From assembly GCA_013285995.1 (NCBI GenBank), contig JABDGN010000002.1:10717-74716 (forward strand): a stretch of 64,000 bases of DNA, given 5' to 3'. Shown here piece by piece: positions 1-8,877 of the stretch (the stretch's first letter is position 1; every line of letters begins with the position of its first letter). The translations under genes were made by a program, and so were the position numbers. The DNA is from Gammaproteobacteria bacterium (lineage in GTDB: Bacteria > Pseudomonadota > Gammaproteobacteria > JABDGN01). The notes below the pieces were generated by a model that worked only from the letters and a program-made list of their open reading frames with translations, did not search any database and had not been told where the DNA came from.

Positions 1-105
1 AATAGTTTTTACTTTATCAAAGGCTTCTATGGGAAGGGCACTTTCTATAACAGCATAACCCAGCTCATCAAAAGAACTTTTGTAATCTGTCACAGTATTG
101 TTCAT
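1..105 (-). CDS. hypothetical protein, N-terminal fragment (gene continues beyond window start)
   Basis: ATG at 105 on minus strand opens MNNTVTDYKSSFDELGYAVIESALPIEAFDKVKTI with no stop before position 1. It is truncated, so it is absent from the ORF track. Confidence 0.4.
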   Translation of the reverse strand, partial: MNNTVTDYKSSFDELGYAVIESALPIEAFDKVKTI

Positions 106-178
106 AAAAATGCCCCGCCTATTTGGTTAAAGAACAAGCTTAAAATTGAGGAATGTGCATGTTCGTATCTCCATGTTA

Positions 179-1597
179 TTAAAAAGAATTAAATGTTTTC
201 CGAAAAGCTATCTGTAATGCAATGATAACAAATGTCAGGGCAAACAAGCAATAACTAAGGTTGTGATATACGCCTATGAAGTTATAAACATCCATGGTAT
301 TTTGTGACTTAGAACCAGTCAAACTAGCAATGCTGCCCGCCAAATAACCCGAAAAGGCTAGCGCCAAATAAAGAAATCCCATAAATGTGCCACGCATTTT
401 TTCAGGCGCAATTTTTGTGACCGCGGCAATAGCGATGGGCATTACAAATAATTCTCCTAACCCTAATAAAAGAAAACTCAACATGATCCAAACTAAAGAA
501 ATCTTTGTCGCATGCGTGGCTGCATGCTGCCCGGCATAAAATAAAATATAAAAACTGATGGCGGATAATAAAAAACCTACTGTGAATTTCTTAGCCGTAC
601 TAAATTCAATTTTTTTTGTCGCTAGGAACTTCCATACAAACGCAATCACAGGCGCAAATAAAATAACAAATAATGGCTCAAACGCTGCAAAATCAGAAGC
701 GGGAATAGTGAAATTGCTGAGCAGCTTGCGATTTACATATTTATCGGCAAACACCAATAAAGAACTATTTACCTGAAACTCAAACGCAAAAAATAATAAG
801 CAAATAATAATCAGAAATAATATTGAAGCAAGTTCTAGGCGTTCCTTCCTTTCGCTCAAAAATAAGCGTACACCAAAATAAATTAATACAATAGCAACTA
901 AGGGTATTATAAATAAATTAGTGAATGATAAGTGGCTCAGACAAAATGCAATAAAAAACGCCAATATTATTAAACCGATTAAAAAACCTCCGTAAACGAA
1001 ATATCCATTTCGTGAGTCGATCTCGTTCTGCGGGCGTAACGTGCCCCTTAAATAATATAAAAAGAATACGGCAATCAGCAATAAAATAAAACTGACTGCA
1101 AAAGTGGCATGCCACCCCCAATACAGCACGATAGCACCATAAGCGAGCGGACCTAATAATCCACCTATATTTGTGCCGATGTAAAAAATTGCAAAAGCAG
1201 GTTCTCTTTTCTCCTGGCCTTTGATGTAAAAAGCGCCTAAAAGATTAGCGTTATTAGGTACAAGTAAGCCCGTACCTAATACTATTAACGCCAATCCATA
1301 ATACATTAAATGTAGACTGCCAAAGCTTAAAAACAAATTACCAATACACGCTAAAAAGGCTCCCATTACAACTGTTTTATAAAATCCAAATAAACGATCG
1401 GCGACAATACCGCCTACTAACATGAGACCAAAACTAAAAGCAGTAAATGTTCCGAAGATAAGATATGTTTTATCGATCGGCAAGTTAACTGCCTTGAGCA
1501 GATATAAAACTAAAATAGATTGCAAACCCCAATAACTAAAACGCTCTAATGTCTCAGTAAACAGTAGAGGGTATAAAATTTTACTCAAGGGTTGCAT
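179..1597 (-). CDS. proton-dependent oligopeptide transporter (POT/PTR2 family, MFS)
   Basis: 472 aa polytopic membrane protein. N-terminal TETLERFSYWG and GGIVADRLFG match the PTR2 family signatures. Confidence 0.85.
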   Translation of the reverse strand: MQPLSKILYPLLFTETLERFSYWGLQSILVLYLLKAVNLPIDKTYLIFGTFTAFSFGLMLVGGIVADRLFGFYKTVVMGAFLACIGNLFLSFGSLHLMYYGLALIVLGTGLLVPNNANLLGAFYIKGQEKREPAFAIFYIGTNIGGLLGPLAYGAIVLYWGWHATFAVSFILLLIAVFFLYYLRGTLRPQNEIDSRNGYFVYGGFLIGLIILAFFIAFCLSHLSFTNLFIIPLVAIVLIYFGVRLFLSERKERLELASILFLIIICLLFFAFEFQVNSSLLVFADKYVNRKLLSNFTIPASDFAAFEPLFVILFAPVIAFVWKFLATKKIEFSTAKKFTVGFLLSAISFYILFYAGQHAATHATKISLVWIMLSFLLLGLGELFVMPIAIAAVTKIAPEKMRGTFMGFLYLALAFSGYLAGSIASLTGSKSQNTMDVYNFIGVYHNLSYCLFALTFVIIALQIAFRKTFNSF

Positions 1598-1600
1598 GCT

Positions 1601-2563
1601 TTATTCGTTTCCTGCCTTTCTGAATTTCAGCAGAAACAAGACGGTTTCAATTTTGCCCGCACTAACAGCGCAGTCTAAGGGTGTTTCTCCACGCGAATTC
1701 TTTTCATTGGGATCGGCAGATGATGAATTGACTAATAACTCAACTATGTCAGTATGCCCTTTATAAGCAGCCCAGTGCAACGCAGAATTATTGACATGAT
1801 CTTTACCATGAACATTCGCTCCTATTTTCATGAGCAGTTTTACAATTTTACTTTGGCCGGTATAAGCCGCCCAGGAGATAGGGCTACCTCCCTCGTTCTC
1901 TACCGTATTTATGTCAGCACCTTTATCAAGAAGATACTTAATAACCTCTACATGCCCATTTAAAACCGCTAAGTGTAATGGAGTTTGTTTTCTTCGGTTT
2001 CTAAAATTTACTTCTGAGCCGCTTGCAATTAATAGCTTAACAATATCTAAATAACCATGGTAAGCGCTTACATGCAGGGGGGTATTTTCATCATTATCAT
2101 GCTGATGCAAAGCAATACCTTCATACAAATGTAAGTCAGCTCCTTTTTTAATAAAAGCTTCTACTGCTGAACAATCGCCTGCTTTAGTCGCTTGGTACAG
2201 CTCTTCGTTTAGTTGAATTTGCTCAGCATTAATACGTGTTTCATTAATAATTGCTTGTTCTGAACTATCATCTGAAACAAGCGGCGATTGTTCAAAAGGT
2301 CTGTGGCCCTTTCCATAAAGTAGCCATTCAACCGAACAATCAAGTCCTTCTGCTTTAAAAGCAGCAATCAATTCGTTAATTGCCTTTTGAGTCAAGCCCC
2401 CGCTATAACGTTCGTTTTCCCAATTCTGTAATGTTCCGGCGGGTATTCCATATTTTTCAGCAAAAGCTCTTCTGGAAAGGCGAGTTTTCTTTCTTAAATC
2501 ACGGATCCGTTGCCCCTGATTAGTATGACTCGCTGTAAAAAGCTCGGCTTGAGGAATATTCAT
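1601..2563 (-). CDS. XRE-type HTH domain fused to about five ankyrin repeats
   Basis: N-terminus RIRDLRKKTRLSRRAFAEKYGIPAGTLQNWENERY is a Cro/CI-type HTH. The C-terminal half has repeated TPLHxAxxxGHxxIVKLLxxxGADxN ankyrin units. The stop lies 4 nt before the transporter start. Confidence 0.85.
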   Translation of the reverse strand: MNIPQAELFTASHTNQGQRIRDLRKKTRLSRRAFAEKYGIPAGTLQNWENERYSGGLTQKAINELIAAFKAEGLDCSVEWLLYGKGHRPFEQSPLVSDDSSEQAIINETRINAEQIQLNEELYQATKAGDCSAVEAFIKKGADLHLYEGIALHQHDNDENTPLHVSAYHGYLDIVKLLIASGSEVNFRNRRKQTPLHLAVLNGHVEVIKYLLDKGADINTVENEGGSPISWAAYTGQSKIVKLLMKIGANVHGKDHVNNSALHWAAYKGHTDIVELLVNSSSADPNEKNSRGETPLDCAVSAGKIETVLFLLKFRKAGNE

Positions 2564-2944
2564 AATTGTTAATCACAGGTTTGTAAGTTAATTTTTCCTA
2601 TGCATTATAAAGACTTTTCAAGTTAATTCACACAAAAAGTGAGAAAAACTGGAGACAAATTCAATATTTGCGTTAAAACACCTAAAATACACTTTACACG
2701 CTAACTTTTATCTGATAATTTGTGTTTATTAGCTTAAATTTGATGTTAAAACAGCGCTTTTATAACCTAGTATCACTTATTCAAGCTAATAAGAATAACT
2801 TTACCTCGTACTCATTAATAACAATTTCGCTGGTAAGAATGCGCAGCAAAGCAATAAGGATAAAGCTGCACAGTTTAATAACAAACCTTAGTCAGTTAAT
2901 GACTAAGGTTCAGGGTTAAGCCGTATTAATTAAGGAGAGAACTT

Positions 2945-3103
2945 ATGCTACCGAAAGTTGCAGTCAAAATTTTTACAAAAAATTTTATTTTTCAAACATT
3001 CCTCATCATTAGAAATAAAAAATTTCTTCCTCAATTTTTTTCAGTAGCAACTGAAGGACTTCGTAGTAAAACTCATATGAACCAAACAATTTTTCAAAGT
3101 TAA
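2945..3103 (+). CDS. small hypothetical ORF (52 aa)
   Basis: AAGGAGAG Shine-Dalgarno about 6 nt upstream of the ATG. The ORF is below the ORF-track size cutoff and has no recognisable domain. Confidence 0.25.
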   Translation: MLPKVAVKIFTKNFIFQTFLIIRNKKFLPQFFSVATEGLRSKTHMNQTIFQS

Positions 3104-3139
3104 AAATCAAATCTTAAATTAGATAAAAAGGAGTTAAAA

Positions 3140-3355
3140 ATGCTAATTCTGACACGTAGAGTTGGAGAAACTTTAATAATTGGTGATGACATCACTGTAA
3201 CAGTGCTCGGTATAAAAGGTAATCAAGCTCGTCTTGGTGTTAATGCCCCCAAGCACATCAGTGTTCATAGGGAAGAAATTTATCAGCGCATTCAAGAAGA
3301 GCTAACTCAGGAAAAACCAAATGATACAGAAAATGTAGAAACTCTGAAAAAGTAG
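3140..3355 (+). CDS. csrA: CsrA/RsmA family RNA-binding regulator, ICE-borne paralog
   Basis: [52 protein letters not shown] is near-canonical CsrA. An AGGAG SD lies upstream. The position at the ICE regulatory end matches Legionella lvrC/csrT-type paralogs. Confidence 0.92.
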   Translation: MLILTRRVGETLIIGDDITVTVLGIKGNQARLGVNAPKHISVHREEIYQRIQEELTQEKPNDTENVETLKK

Positions 3356-3366
3356 GCGGGTGATTT

Positions 3367-3636
3367 ATGTTAGTTGAAACAATACGAAAAGGCGATGTCA
3401 TTATATTTAACGGCAAAGAAAAAACTTGTATCACTGCAATTAAAAATAATTGCGTCATGTTTAGCACAAAACTTTTAAGTGGAAAAAATGAAATAAGCCA
3501 TGGGGAACTTAATCAAATTGTGACGTTAACAGGAATTATTCAAGTGAAAATTCTTGAAATAGATAATCACGTTAAATTAAAAATTGAGTCACCTAAAAAT
3601 ATGGTTGTTCATATCAAATGGGAAGGAGATAAATGA
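3367..3636 (+). CDS. divergent CsrA-like protein with apparent internal duplication
   Basis: Residues 1-52 (MLVETIRKGDVIIFNGKEKTCITAIKNNCVMFS...KNEISHGEL) align by eye to CsrA. Residues about 60-86 (IQVKILEIDNHVKLKIESPKNMVVHIKWE) repeat the CsrA xxxPKxxxVHxxE strand pattern. There is an ATGA overlap with the next gene. Confidence 0.6.
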   Translation: MLVETIRKGDVIIFNGKEKTCITAIKNNCVMFSTKLLSGKNEISHGELNQIVTLTGIIQVKILEIDNHVKLKIESPKNMVVHIKWEGDK

Positions 3637-3920
3637 TGTCACTTAGAATTCGTTTAAGGAAAGCGCGCATGCAATGCAGATTAACGCAAGCTGGTCTTGG
3701 TGTGGCGGTAGGAATAAGTCAGCAAGTAGTACAGCGAATTGAGGCTGGCGCCATCAAAAAAAGTAAATATATTTTAAAAATTGCAAATGTACTAAATGTT
3801 TCTCCTGCTTGGCTTGAGTATGGGCCAGGGAATGAACTCGAAAACAAAACAAATAATAATGAAAATTTTTTAAGAAGTGATTTAAGTATTATCAGCGAGG
3901 GTCAAAACGCAACAAATTAA
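3633..3920 (+). CDS. XRE family transcriptional regulator
   Basis: LTQAGLGVAVGISQQVVQRIEAGAIKKSKYILKIANVLNVSPAWLEYG is a Cro/CI-type HTH. The gene is translationally coupled to the upstream ORF. Confidence 0.8.
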   Translation: MMSLRIRLRKARMQCRLTQAGLGVAVGISQQVVQRIEAGAIKKSKYILKIANVLNVSPAWLEYGPGNELENKTNNNENFLRSDLSIISEGQNATN

Positions 3921-4018
3921 TAATACACAAGCCAACTTTTAGAGTAGACGAGCAATTTACTTCGAAAAAGCTATTTAAGCCGGTTAAAAATCAACTAAAT
4001 AACTTTAAGGAAACTAGC

Positions 4019-4330
4019 ATGAAGAAGAATGCTGCTCGCTCTACTCAAAAGAAAAGTAGCCAAAGCAATAAAAAACCACTTGAAAAAATATCTACAGACG
4101 ATAGTCAAAAACTTCAGCATTTAATTTTAGAGCAGCACGACAAATTACACATATTGCTTTCTCGTAGCCATGCACTTGTCCATGTCGCCAGCGTTGCTGC
4201 TCTTGAAGAGTTGCAGGATGGAATTGTGTTTAATTATTTCGATGAATTAGCAAGGATTATAGATAAAGCATTAGCGTTGCACTTAAAACTACAAAACAAA
4301 ACGCATGATTCTTTAGTATGCAAGTTTTAA
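4019..4330 (+). CDS. hypothetical protein (103 aa, basic N-terminus, helical)
   Basis: ORF with an AAGGAAAC SD-like sequence upstream. No recognisable motif. Confidence 0.55.
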   Translation: MKKNAARSTQKKSSQSNKKPLEKISTDDSQKLQHLILEQHDKLHILLSRSHALVHVASVAALEELQDGIVFNYFDELARIIDKALALHLKLQNKTHDSLVCKF

Positions 4331-4339
4331 AGCTTAAGT

Positions 4340-4490
4340 TTGTCGGAAAGATCTTAACCTGGATTGAGGAACATCATTTTTTAAATGATGCAAGTTGAGA
4401 TCATGCCGGAACCTCGCTGGCTCGATGTTTAGTGCTTTGCACTAATTGCTTACATTGAAGTCAGATGACGTGCCAGTGAGGTTTTTTTAA
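4340..4490 (+). ncRNA. candidate structured small RNA or 3' UTR with four GGA motifs and a long-range stem plus U-tract
   Basis: GGA motifs lie near 4344, 4360, 4367 and 4407. A hairpin catcattt/aaatgatg sits at 4371-4390. A 12-bp stem pairs aacctcgctggc (4410-4421) with gccagtgaggtt (4472-4483), enclosing an inner 7-bp hairpin ttagtgc/gcactaa and followed by T7. Confidence 0.3.
4410..4490 (+). terminator. intrinsic-terminator-like structure (long stem plus T7 run)
   Basis: A 12-bp stem with one G-T pair is followed immediately by ttttttt at 4482-4488. Confidence 0.55.
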
Positions 4491-4526
4491 TTTTAACTTT
4501 TTTTGAAAAAAATCAGAGAGGACTAT

Positions 4527-4790
4527 ATGACAGCTAACAGTAAATTTAAAGAACTACCCGATGTGTTACGTCAATTAATCACCATACGTCGTAAAGCAAA
4601 AATTACGCAGGAAGAAGTTGCAATTGAAATGAAAACAACAGCATCAGCAGTCGCTCGTTTAGAATCCGGTGGCGGCAAGAAAAAACATTCCCCTTCACTA
4701 AGGACGCTAAAAAAATATGCTAATGCATTAGGGTGCGATATAAAAATGGAAGTTGTTCCACTGCAATCTGAAGCGGGAGGATCAATATGA
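4527..4790 (+). CDS. XRE-type HTH protein, antitoxin-like
   Basis: ATG at 4527 is preceded by an AGAGAGGA SD, whereas the track start 4503 is TTG. ITQEEVAIEMKTTASAVARLESGGGKKKHSPSLRTLKKYANALGCDIKMEVVP is a typical HTH_XRE antitoxin-type tail. Confidence 0.75.
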   Translation: MTANSKFKELPDVLRQLITIRRKAKITQEEVAIEMKTTASAVARLESGGGKKKHSPSLRTLKKYANALGCDIKMEVVPLQSEAGGSI

Positions 4791-5008
4791 CAGAGGATCT
4801 TGTCAGCGCTGCTCAGGCGGCCAAAATGGTAGGCGCAACATCAATCTATTTTAAACAATTGGCTAGGAAGTTTGGTGTTAATCCGGCAAAAAAACAGCGC
4901 GTTGTTATTGATCAAAAATTAAATCTCAAAGTCACAAAGAATTTTTACACTCTGTGTGACGTTGAAAAAATCCGCATTATGTGGATAGAAAAGAAAAAGC
5001 CAACCTAA
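4787..5008 (+). CDS. small putative DNA-binding protein (73 aa)
   Basis: ATGA overlap with the upstream HTH gene. SAAQAAKMVGATSIYFKQLARKFGV looks like an HTH segment. Confidence 0.55.
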   Translation: MTEDLVSAAQAAKMVGATSIYFKQLARKFGVNPAKKQRVVIDQKLNLKVTKNFYTLCDVEKIRIMWIEKKKPT

Positions 5009-5021
5009 TTTTGTAGCTAAT

Positions 5022-5744
5022 CTAGTTGTTTATCTGGCTGAACCGATATAATCGGCAAGCCTCAAGCCATTTATTATTTTGAGGTAAAAACATTAGTATT
5101 AGTGTAATCCATCCAAGTGCGCCAGGAATTAAATTCACTATATTGATTAATCCATGAAGAAAGTCCCCTGAAAAAACAGCCTTGGCGATACTAATGATTA
5201 TCGGCACATTAACTATATTGTATAAAAGGTAAAACACTCTCATTTCTGAGTACCCCATAAACACAGCATATATTGTCAAATAAGCTGCTGTTATTAAAAC
5301 AAACATCCCAATCGTGCCGCGAAAACTTACTCCTTGCACAGTTGCAGCCATTCCTATACCGTATAAAAGAATAACTATAAATATCCCGATTGTTACACTG
5401 AATAAAGCAATCATTATTTTCACCTCTCTGTCGCGGCGAGGAAAAGACAGCTCTTTGTTAAAAATATTTTCTTTTGTTATTGTTGAACGCAATTCAAAAT
5501 TATTTAATAGTACAAACAGAGGGAAAATAATAAGGCAAATGATATTCATCAAAAAATGAGGCGCTACTATATAAAGAAAAATTTCTCCAACTACTAGCCA
5601 CAATAAGCTATCATGCACAAAACGCTTATTATTAAACCGTAATTTGACATGCTCCTGGCATGAAGAACAATACTTTTTAGTGTATTGAAATAATATTTTA
5701 AAAATAGAAGTTTTTTCACCACATTGTGAGCACATTAATTGCAT
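5022..5744 (-). CDS. membrane protein with N-terminal zinc-ribbon
   Basis: CSQCGEKT...CSSCQEH is a CxxC-N-CxxC motif. It is followed by about six hydrophobic segments. Confidence 0.65.
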   Translation of the reverse strand: MQLMCSQCGEKTSIFKILFQYTKKYCSSCQEHVKLRFNNKRFVHDSLLWLVVGEIFLYIVAPHFLMNIICLIIFPLFVLLNNFELRSTITKENIFNKELSFPRRDREVKIMIALFSVTIGIFIVILLYGIGMAATVQGVSFRGTIGMFVLITAAYLTIYAVFMGYSEMRVFYLLYNIVNVPIIISIAKAVFSGDFLHGLINIVNLIPGALGWITLILMFLPQNNKWLEACRLYRFSQINN

Positions 5745-5874
5745 TGATTTACCTTTCCTTTAACTGTATTAATTAGAACTGGGGAAGTTTTACTGTTAGT
5801 AATGGCAGAATAAGAAATATTTTTTTCATCATAAGCCTCCTCATAAGATTAAGTTAATAACAATTGACTAAACA

Positions 5875-6210
5875 TCAAAAATGATCTCCGGCACAAAGAT
5901 TCATGATCGACGCGTGAGTGATTACAAATAACTGGACTATAATCAGACTCGAAATAATAAATCTGAAGCGGTAACGGCTAAGCAAATCCGATAATAATGT
6001 CACAAGTAAGGTAGAAATTCCCCTTGTGCCGGATAAAACGACTAATAAAACAGAGCGGAGATCAAAAAGTTTCATCTTAAAAACTCCTATAAAAAACAAA
6101 AAAACACGCAAAGTTGGTGTAACTGTATAGCCATTAACTTTAAAATAATAAGCATTACTTATACAAAGTAAAACAGATAGTATAGAAATGCGTACTATCC
6201 TGTCAAGCAA
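5875..6210 (-). CDS. hypothetical small membrane protein (uncertain)
   Basis: A hydrophobic ORF only, with no SD seen. It may start at the internal MKLFDLRS. Confidence 0.3.
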   Translation of the reverse strand: MLDRIVRISILSVLLCISNAYYFKVNGYTVTPTLRVFLFFIGVFKMKLFDLRSVLLVVLSGTRGISTLLVTLLSDLLSRYRFRFIISSLIIVQLFVITHASIMNLCAGDHF

Positions 6211-6264
6211 AAACAGTAGAAAATCTTAGCCAATTCATGCAATTAACCTTATTTATCTTGATTT

Positions 6265-6705
6265 ATGGCTAAAAAAGACTTTAAACAAAGTGACAAGAAG
6301 CTTGAAAAAGACCTTGAAAAGGATACGCCTATCCCTGTCCGGCTGAAATATCTGCGTGGAGAGTTGTCTCAACGGAAATTAGGCATAGCGGCTTTAAATT
6401 TTGAACCGCTATCAGCAGGCAGCCGAATGAGTCAATATGAAAACGGGGTGTACGTTCCCGGATTTCATCTTGTAAAAGGGCTTGCGAAATATTTTGGTTA
6501 TCCACCCTCATTCTTTTACGAACCGGATGATACGCTGGCAAAATTATTGGAAGTCGCCAAAGATTTAAAAAAGCCGCAGCTTGATGCGTTTATTGAATTG
6601 ATGCAGTTTGCGAAAGAAAAAGATTTTAGCAAGAATACAATCCGCTCTTTTACAGAGGAAAAAACGCGACCCTCTGTTCCTTCGGTTAAAAAACCGAAAA
6701 ACTAG
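6265..6705 (+). CDS. XRE family transcriptional regulator
   Basis: LSQRKLGIAALNF...MSQYENGVYVPGFHLVKGLAKYFGYPPSFFYEPD is a Cro/CI-type HTH with a C-terminal extension. Confidence 0.75.
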   Translation: MAKKDFKQSDKKLEKDLEKDTPIPVRLKYLRGELSQRKLGIAALNFEPLSAGSRMSQYENGVYVPGFHLVKGLAKYFGYPPSFFYEPDDTLAKLLEVAKDLKKPQLDAFIELMQFAKEKDFSKNTIRSFTEEKTRPSVPSVKKPKN

Positions 6706-6794
6706 ATGCTCACTCAAAAATCACAGCAAACCATTTTTTGCACTGTCACGCTTTAATCACATTGAAAGCAAGTTTAATAGTATAATTTTACCCT

Positions 6795-7694
6795 ATGCAA
6801 AGTCAATTCCTGGAAAGTAAAGATACATTTAAAATCAGTTTTGGTGGTCAAAACTCTATTGATGCAGAATTATTTACTAAAACCATTAATAATACGATTG
6901 AGCTTGTAAAAGCTTCGGCAAATGTTATAGATCCAGCAGCTTTTTTACGACTTGAAATTAAGGCCAACAAAGAAGGTTCTTTTGAAACAATTATTGATGC
7001 GATCACTAGGTGTTCAACTGACTTGTTAACAAAAGATAACATTCGATTAGCCTGTGAAATTGTAGGCGGCTATTTAGCTTTTTTACAAATAAAACAACAT
7101 CTAAAAGGTAAAAAGCCTAAAGAAGTAAATACTGAGAATAATAATACTAAAATTGTAAATCAAGATAATATTGTTTATGAAGCCCCTCAGAAAATTGCAG
7201 ATGCCTTTTTCAAGGATTCAAAAATAGAAAACTCCATCGTTAATATTTTTTGTGATTTGAAGTCAAGTAATCGGGAAAACTTTAATATTTACAAAGATGA
7301 TTCCCAAAAGCCTACTATATCGATTCCCAAAGCAGAATATGACTCCATGTCTAATAAGACATTTAATGATAATCAACAAGTGCTCGTGGAAATAAAAGCG
7401 GATTCACAAACCGTAGAAAACTGTGAACTTATTATTAAAAAACCTGATCTTATTGGTGACTCTAAGTGGGAGCTTATATATGACAAAATAATATTTGCTA
7501 AAATAGAGGATGAAAATTTTTTACAAAAAATAAAAAATGGAACAATATTGGTTTCTGGGGGATATAGGTTAGTGTGCTCTTTGCAGATAAAACGAGAAAT
7601 TGATAAAAACTATAATCTGGTTAACGTAGAGTATCACGTAGTTCAGGTAAAAGGCATAAAAAATAAAACTGAGCAATTAGATTTGTTTGATTAG
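6795..7694 (+). CDS. hypothetical protein (299 aa), ICE cargo
   Basis: Long AT-rich ORF downstream of the XRE gene. I recognise no motif. Confidence 0.7.
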   Translation: MQSQFLESKDTFKISFGGQNSIDAELFTKTINNTIELVKASANVIDPAAFLRLEIKANKEGSFETIIDAITRCSTDLLTKDNIRLACEIVGGYLAFLQIKQHLKGKKPKEVNTENNNTKIVNQDNIVYEAPQKIADAFFKDSKIENSIVNIFCDLKSSNRENFNIYKDDSQKPTISIPKAEYDSMSNKTFNDNQQVLVEIKADSQTVENCELIIKKPDLIGDSKWELIYDKIIFAKIEDENFLQKIKNGTILVSGGYRLVCSLQIKREIDKNYNLVNVEYHVVQVKGIKNKTEQLDLFD

Positions 7695-7725
7695 AAATAT
7701 ATTCGAAGCATGATAAGGCCGTGAG

Positions 7726-8103
7726 CTAAAAATTATATTTTCGTTGTATTTTTTTATTTCTGTATTTTCCAATACTGACAACTTTCTTTTCGGCTTCTTC
7801 AGCTTTCTTCTTGGTTTCCTGCGTTTGAGTAACTTTCTTCGCCATATTAAAAACTTTTTCTACGTGCGAAAATGTTCCGTCGTCGAATAAACAGGGATGC
7901 TTTTCTAGCAACTGAGTCAGCTTGCGGATATCTTTTAAACGCAGAGCTTTTTTCTTTTCAGCAAACAACTGCATTACCTCATCAAATGGCAGCTCATCCA
8001 ATGAGCTGCTTTTAAATTCCTTGGGGCTTAAATTTTCTGGTGCAGAGATTTCCGTAGTAGTAACTTTATCTAACATTTTAAATTTCTCCTGATAACATAT
8101 CAT
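7726..8103 (-). CDS. hypothetical ICE protein (125 aa)
   Basis: Last gene of the co-directional transfer cluster, with a 4-nt overlap with the upstream gene. Confidence 0.6.
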   Translation of the reverse strand: MICYQEKFKMLDKVTTTEISAPENLSPKEFKSSSLDELPFDEVMQLFAEKKKALRLKDIRKLTQLLEKHPCLFDDGTFSHVEKVFNMAKKVTQTQETKKKAEEAEKKVVSIGKYRNKKIQRKYNF

Positions 8104-8858
8104 GTACTATATTTTGGATCATCTAACTCGTCAAAAATGTCTCTGATACGTGGTGCGTATGGAGCACGTTTCTCTCTGCTTAACACAGAAGGATCCACAG
8201 CAAATTTATTCACTTTTTTAGCCCGATCAGCCGATTTATGCTGATTGTCGATATCTGTCCGTGTAATGCCGGTGTAACGCCAATGAAGAGGGGCGGATAA
8301 AAGGCGACGAATTTTTCTACGCAAATCTAAAATGGGTTTTTCAATCGTATTCCTTTCAGACATTAAAACCGCCATTTTTGCTGAAATAATTGTGCGACAA
8401 AAACGATCAAATTCGATCAATAAATAAGCAACCAGATAACCATAGGGTGTTTTTAGTGAGATATTATACGTCATTGGCTCAAGCGCTTCCCGCACGGCCA
8501 GCTCTAATCCTTGAACCTGCTTAATTTTTTTCAAATATTCTTCTTCAAGTTTTACTATAACACGTCGTACTTTAATGCACTCATTATAAACGTTTACCAA
8601 TAATTGATCAGCATAAGGATCGTCTAGTCCGCTTGCATAATAAGCGGCGGCCATACGGTTGCAAAAATCTCTTAATCCCCAGGCTCCGTAATTTCTTTCG
8701 TCCCGATACCCTTCTATTATTTTTTGCGCCGGGACCGTATGAATAACCAGCTTATCGCTGTTAGGCAATAAGCGTGTAGGCTCTGTCGAATTGAGTTCCA
8801 ATTCTTCTTCCGCCGATACCGGGTGTGTGTATATTTGATTATTATTTTTACGTGACAT
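8100..8858 (-). CDS. ICE-associated protein next to relaxase (PFL_4669-like by position)
   Basis: ATG at 8858 is preceded by a GGAGGA SD, and the track start 8903 would overlap the upstream gene. The family assignment rests on synteny and size only. Confidence 0.7.
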   Translation of the reverse strand: MSRKNNNQIYTHPVSAEEELELNSTEPTRLLPNSDKLVIHTVPAQKIIEGYRDERNYGAWGLRDFCNRMAAAYYASGLDDPYADQLLVNVYNECIKVRRVIVKLEEEYLKKIKQVQGLELAVREALEPMTYNISLKTPYGYLVAYLLIEFDRFCRTIISAKMAVLMSERNTIEKPILDLRRKIRRLLSAPLHWRYTGITRTDIDNQHKSADRAKKVNKFAVDPSVLSREKRAPYAPRIRDIFDELDDPKYST

Positions 8859-8877
8859 GGTTGTTTCCTCCAAATTG

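Noticed and set aside
558-1121. Track ORFs 558..776 (+) and 918..1121 (-) inside the transporter gene.
   Set aside because: They are antisense or out-of-frame shadows of a well-supported 472-aa POT transporter ORF. They have no SD and an implausible composition.
2886-2910. A perfect hairpin ccttagtca-gttaa-tgactaagg upstream of the CsrA cassette, considered as the left ICE boundary or att site.
   Set aside because: It has no similarity to the right-end core at 32148-32175 and no T-run. A single hairpin in AT-rich DNA is not enough to define a boundary.
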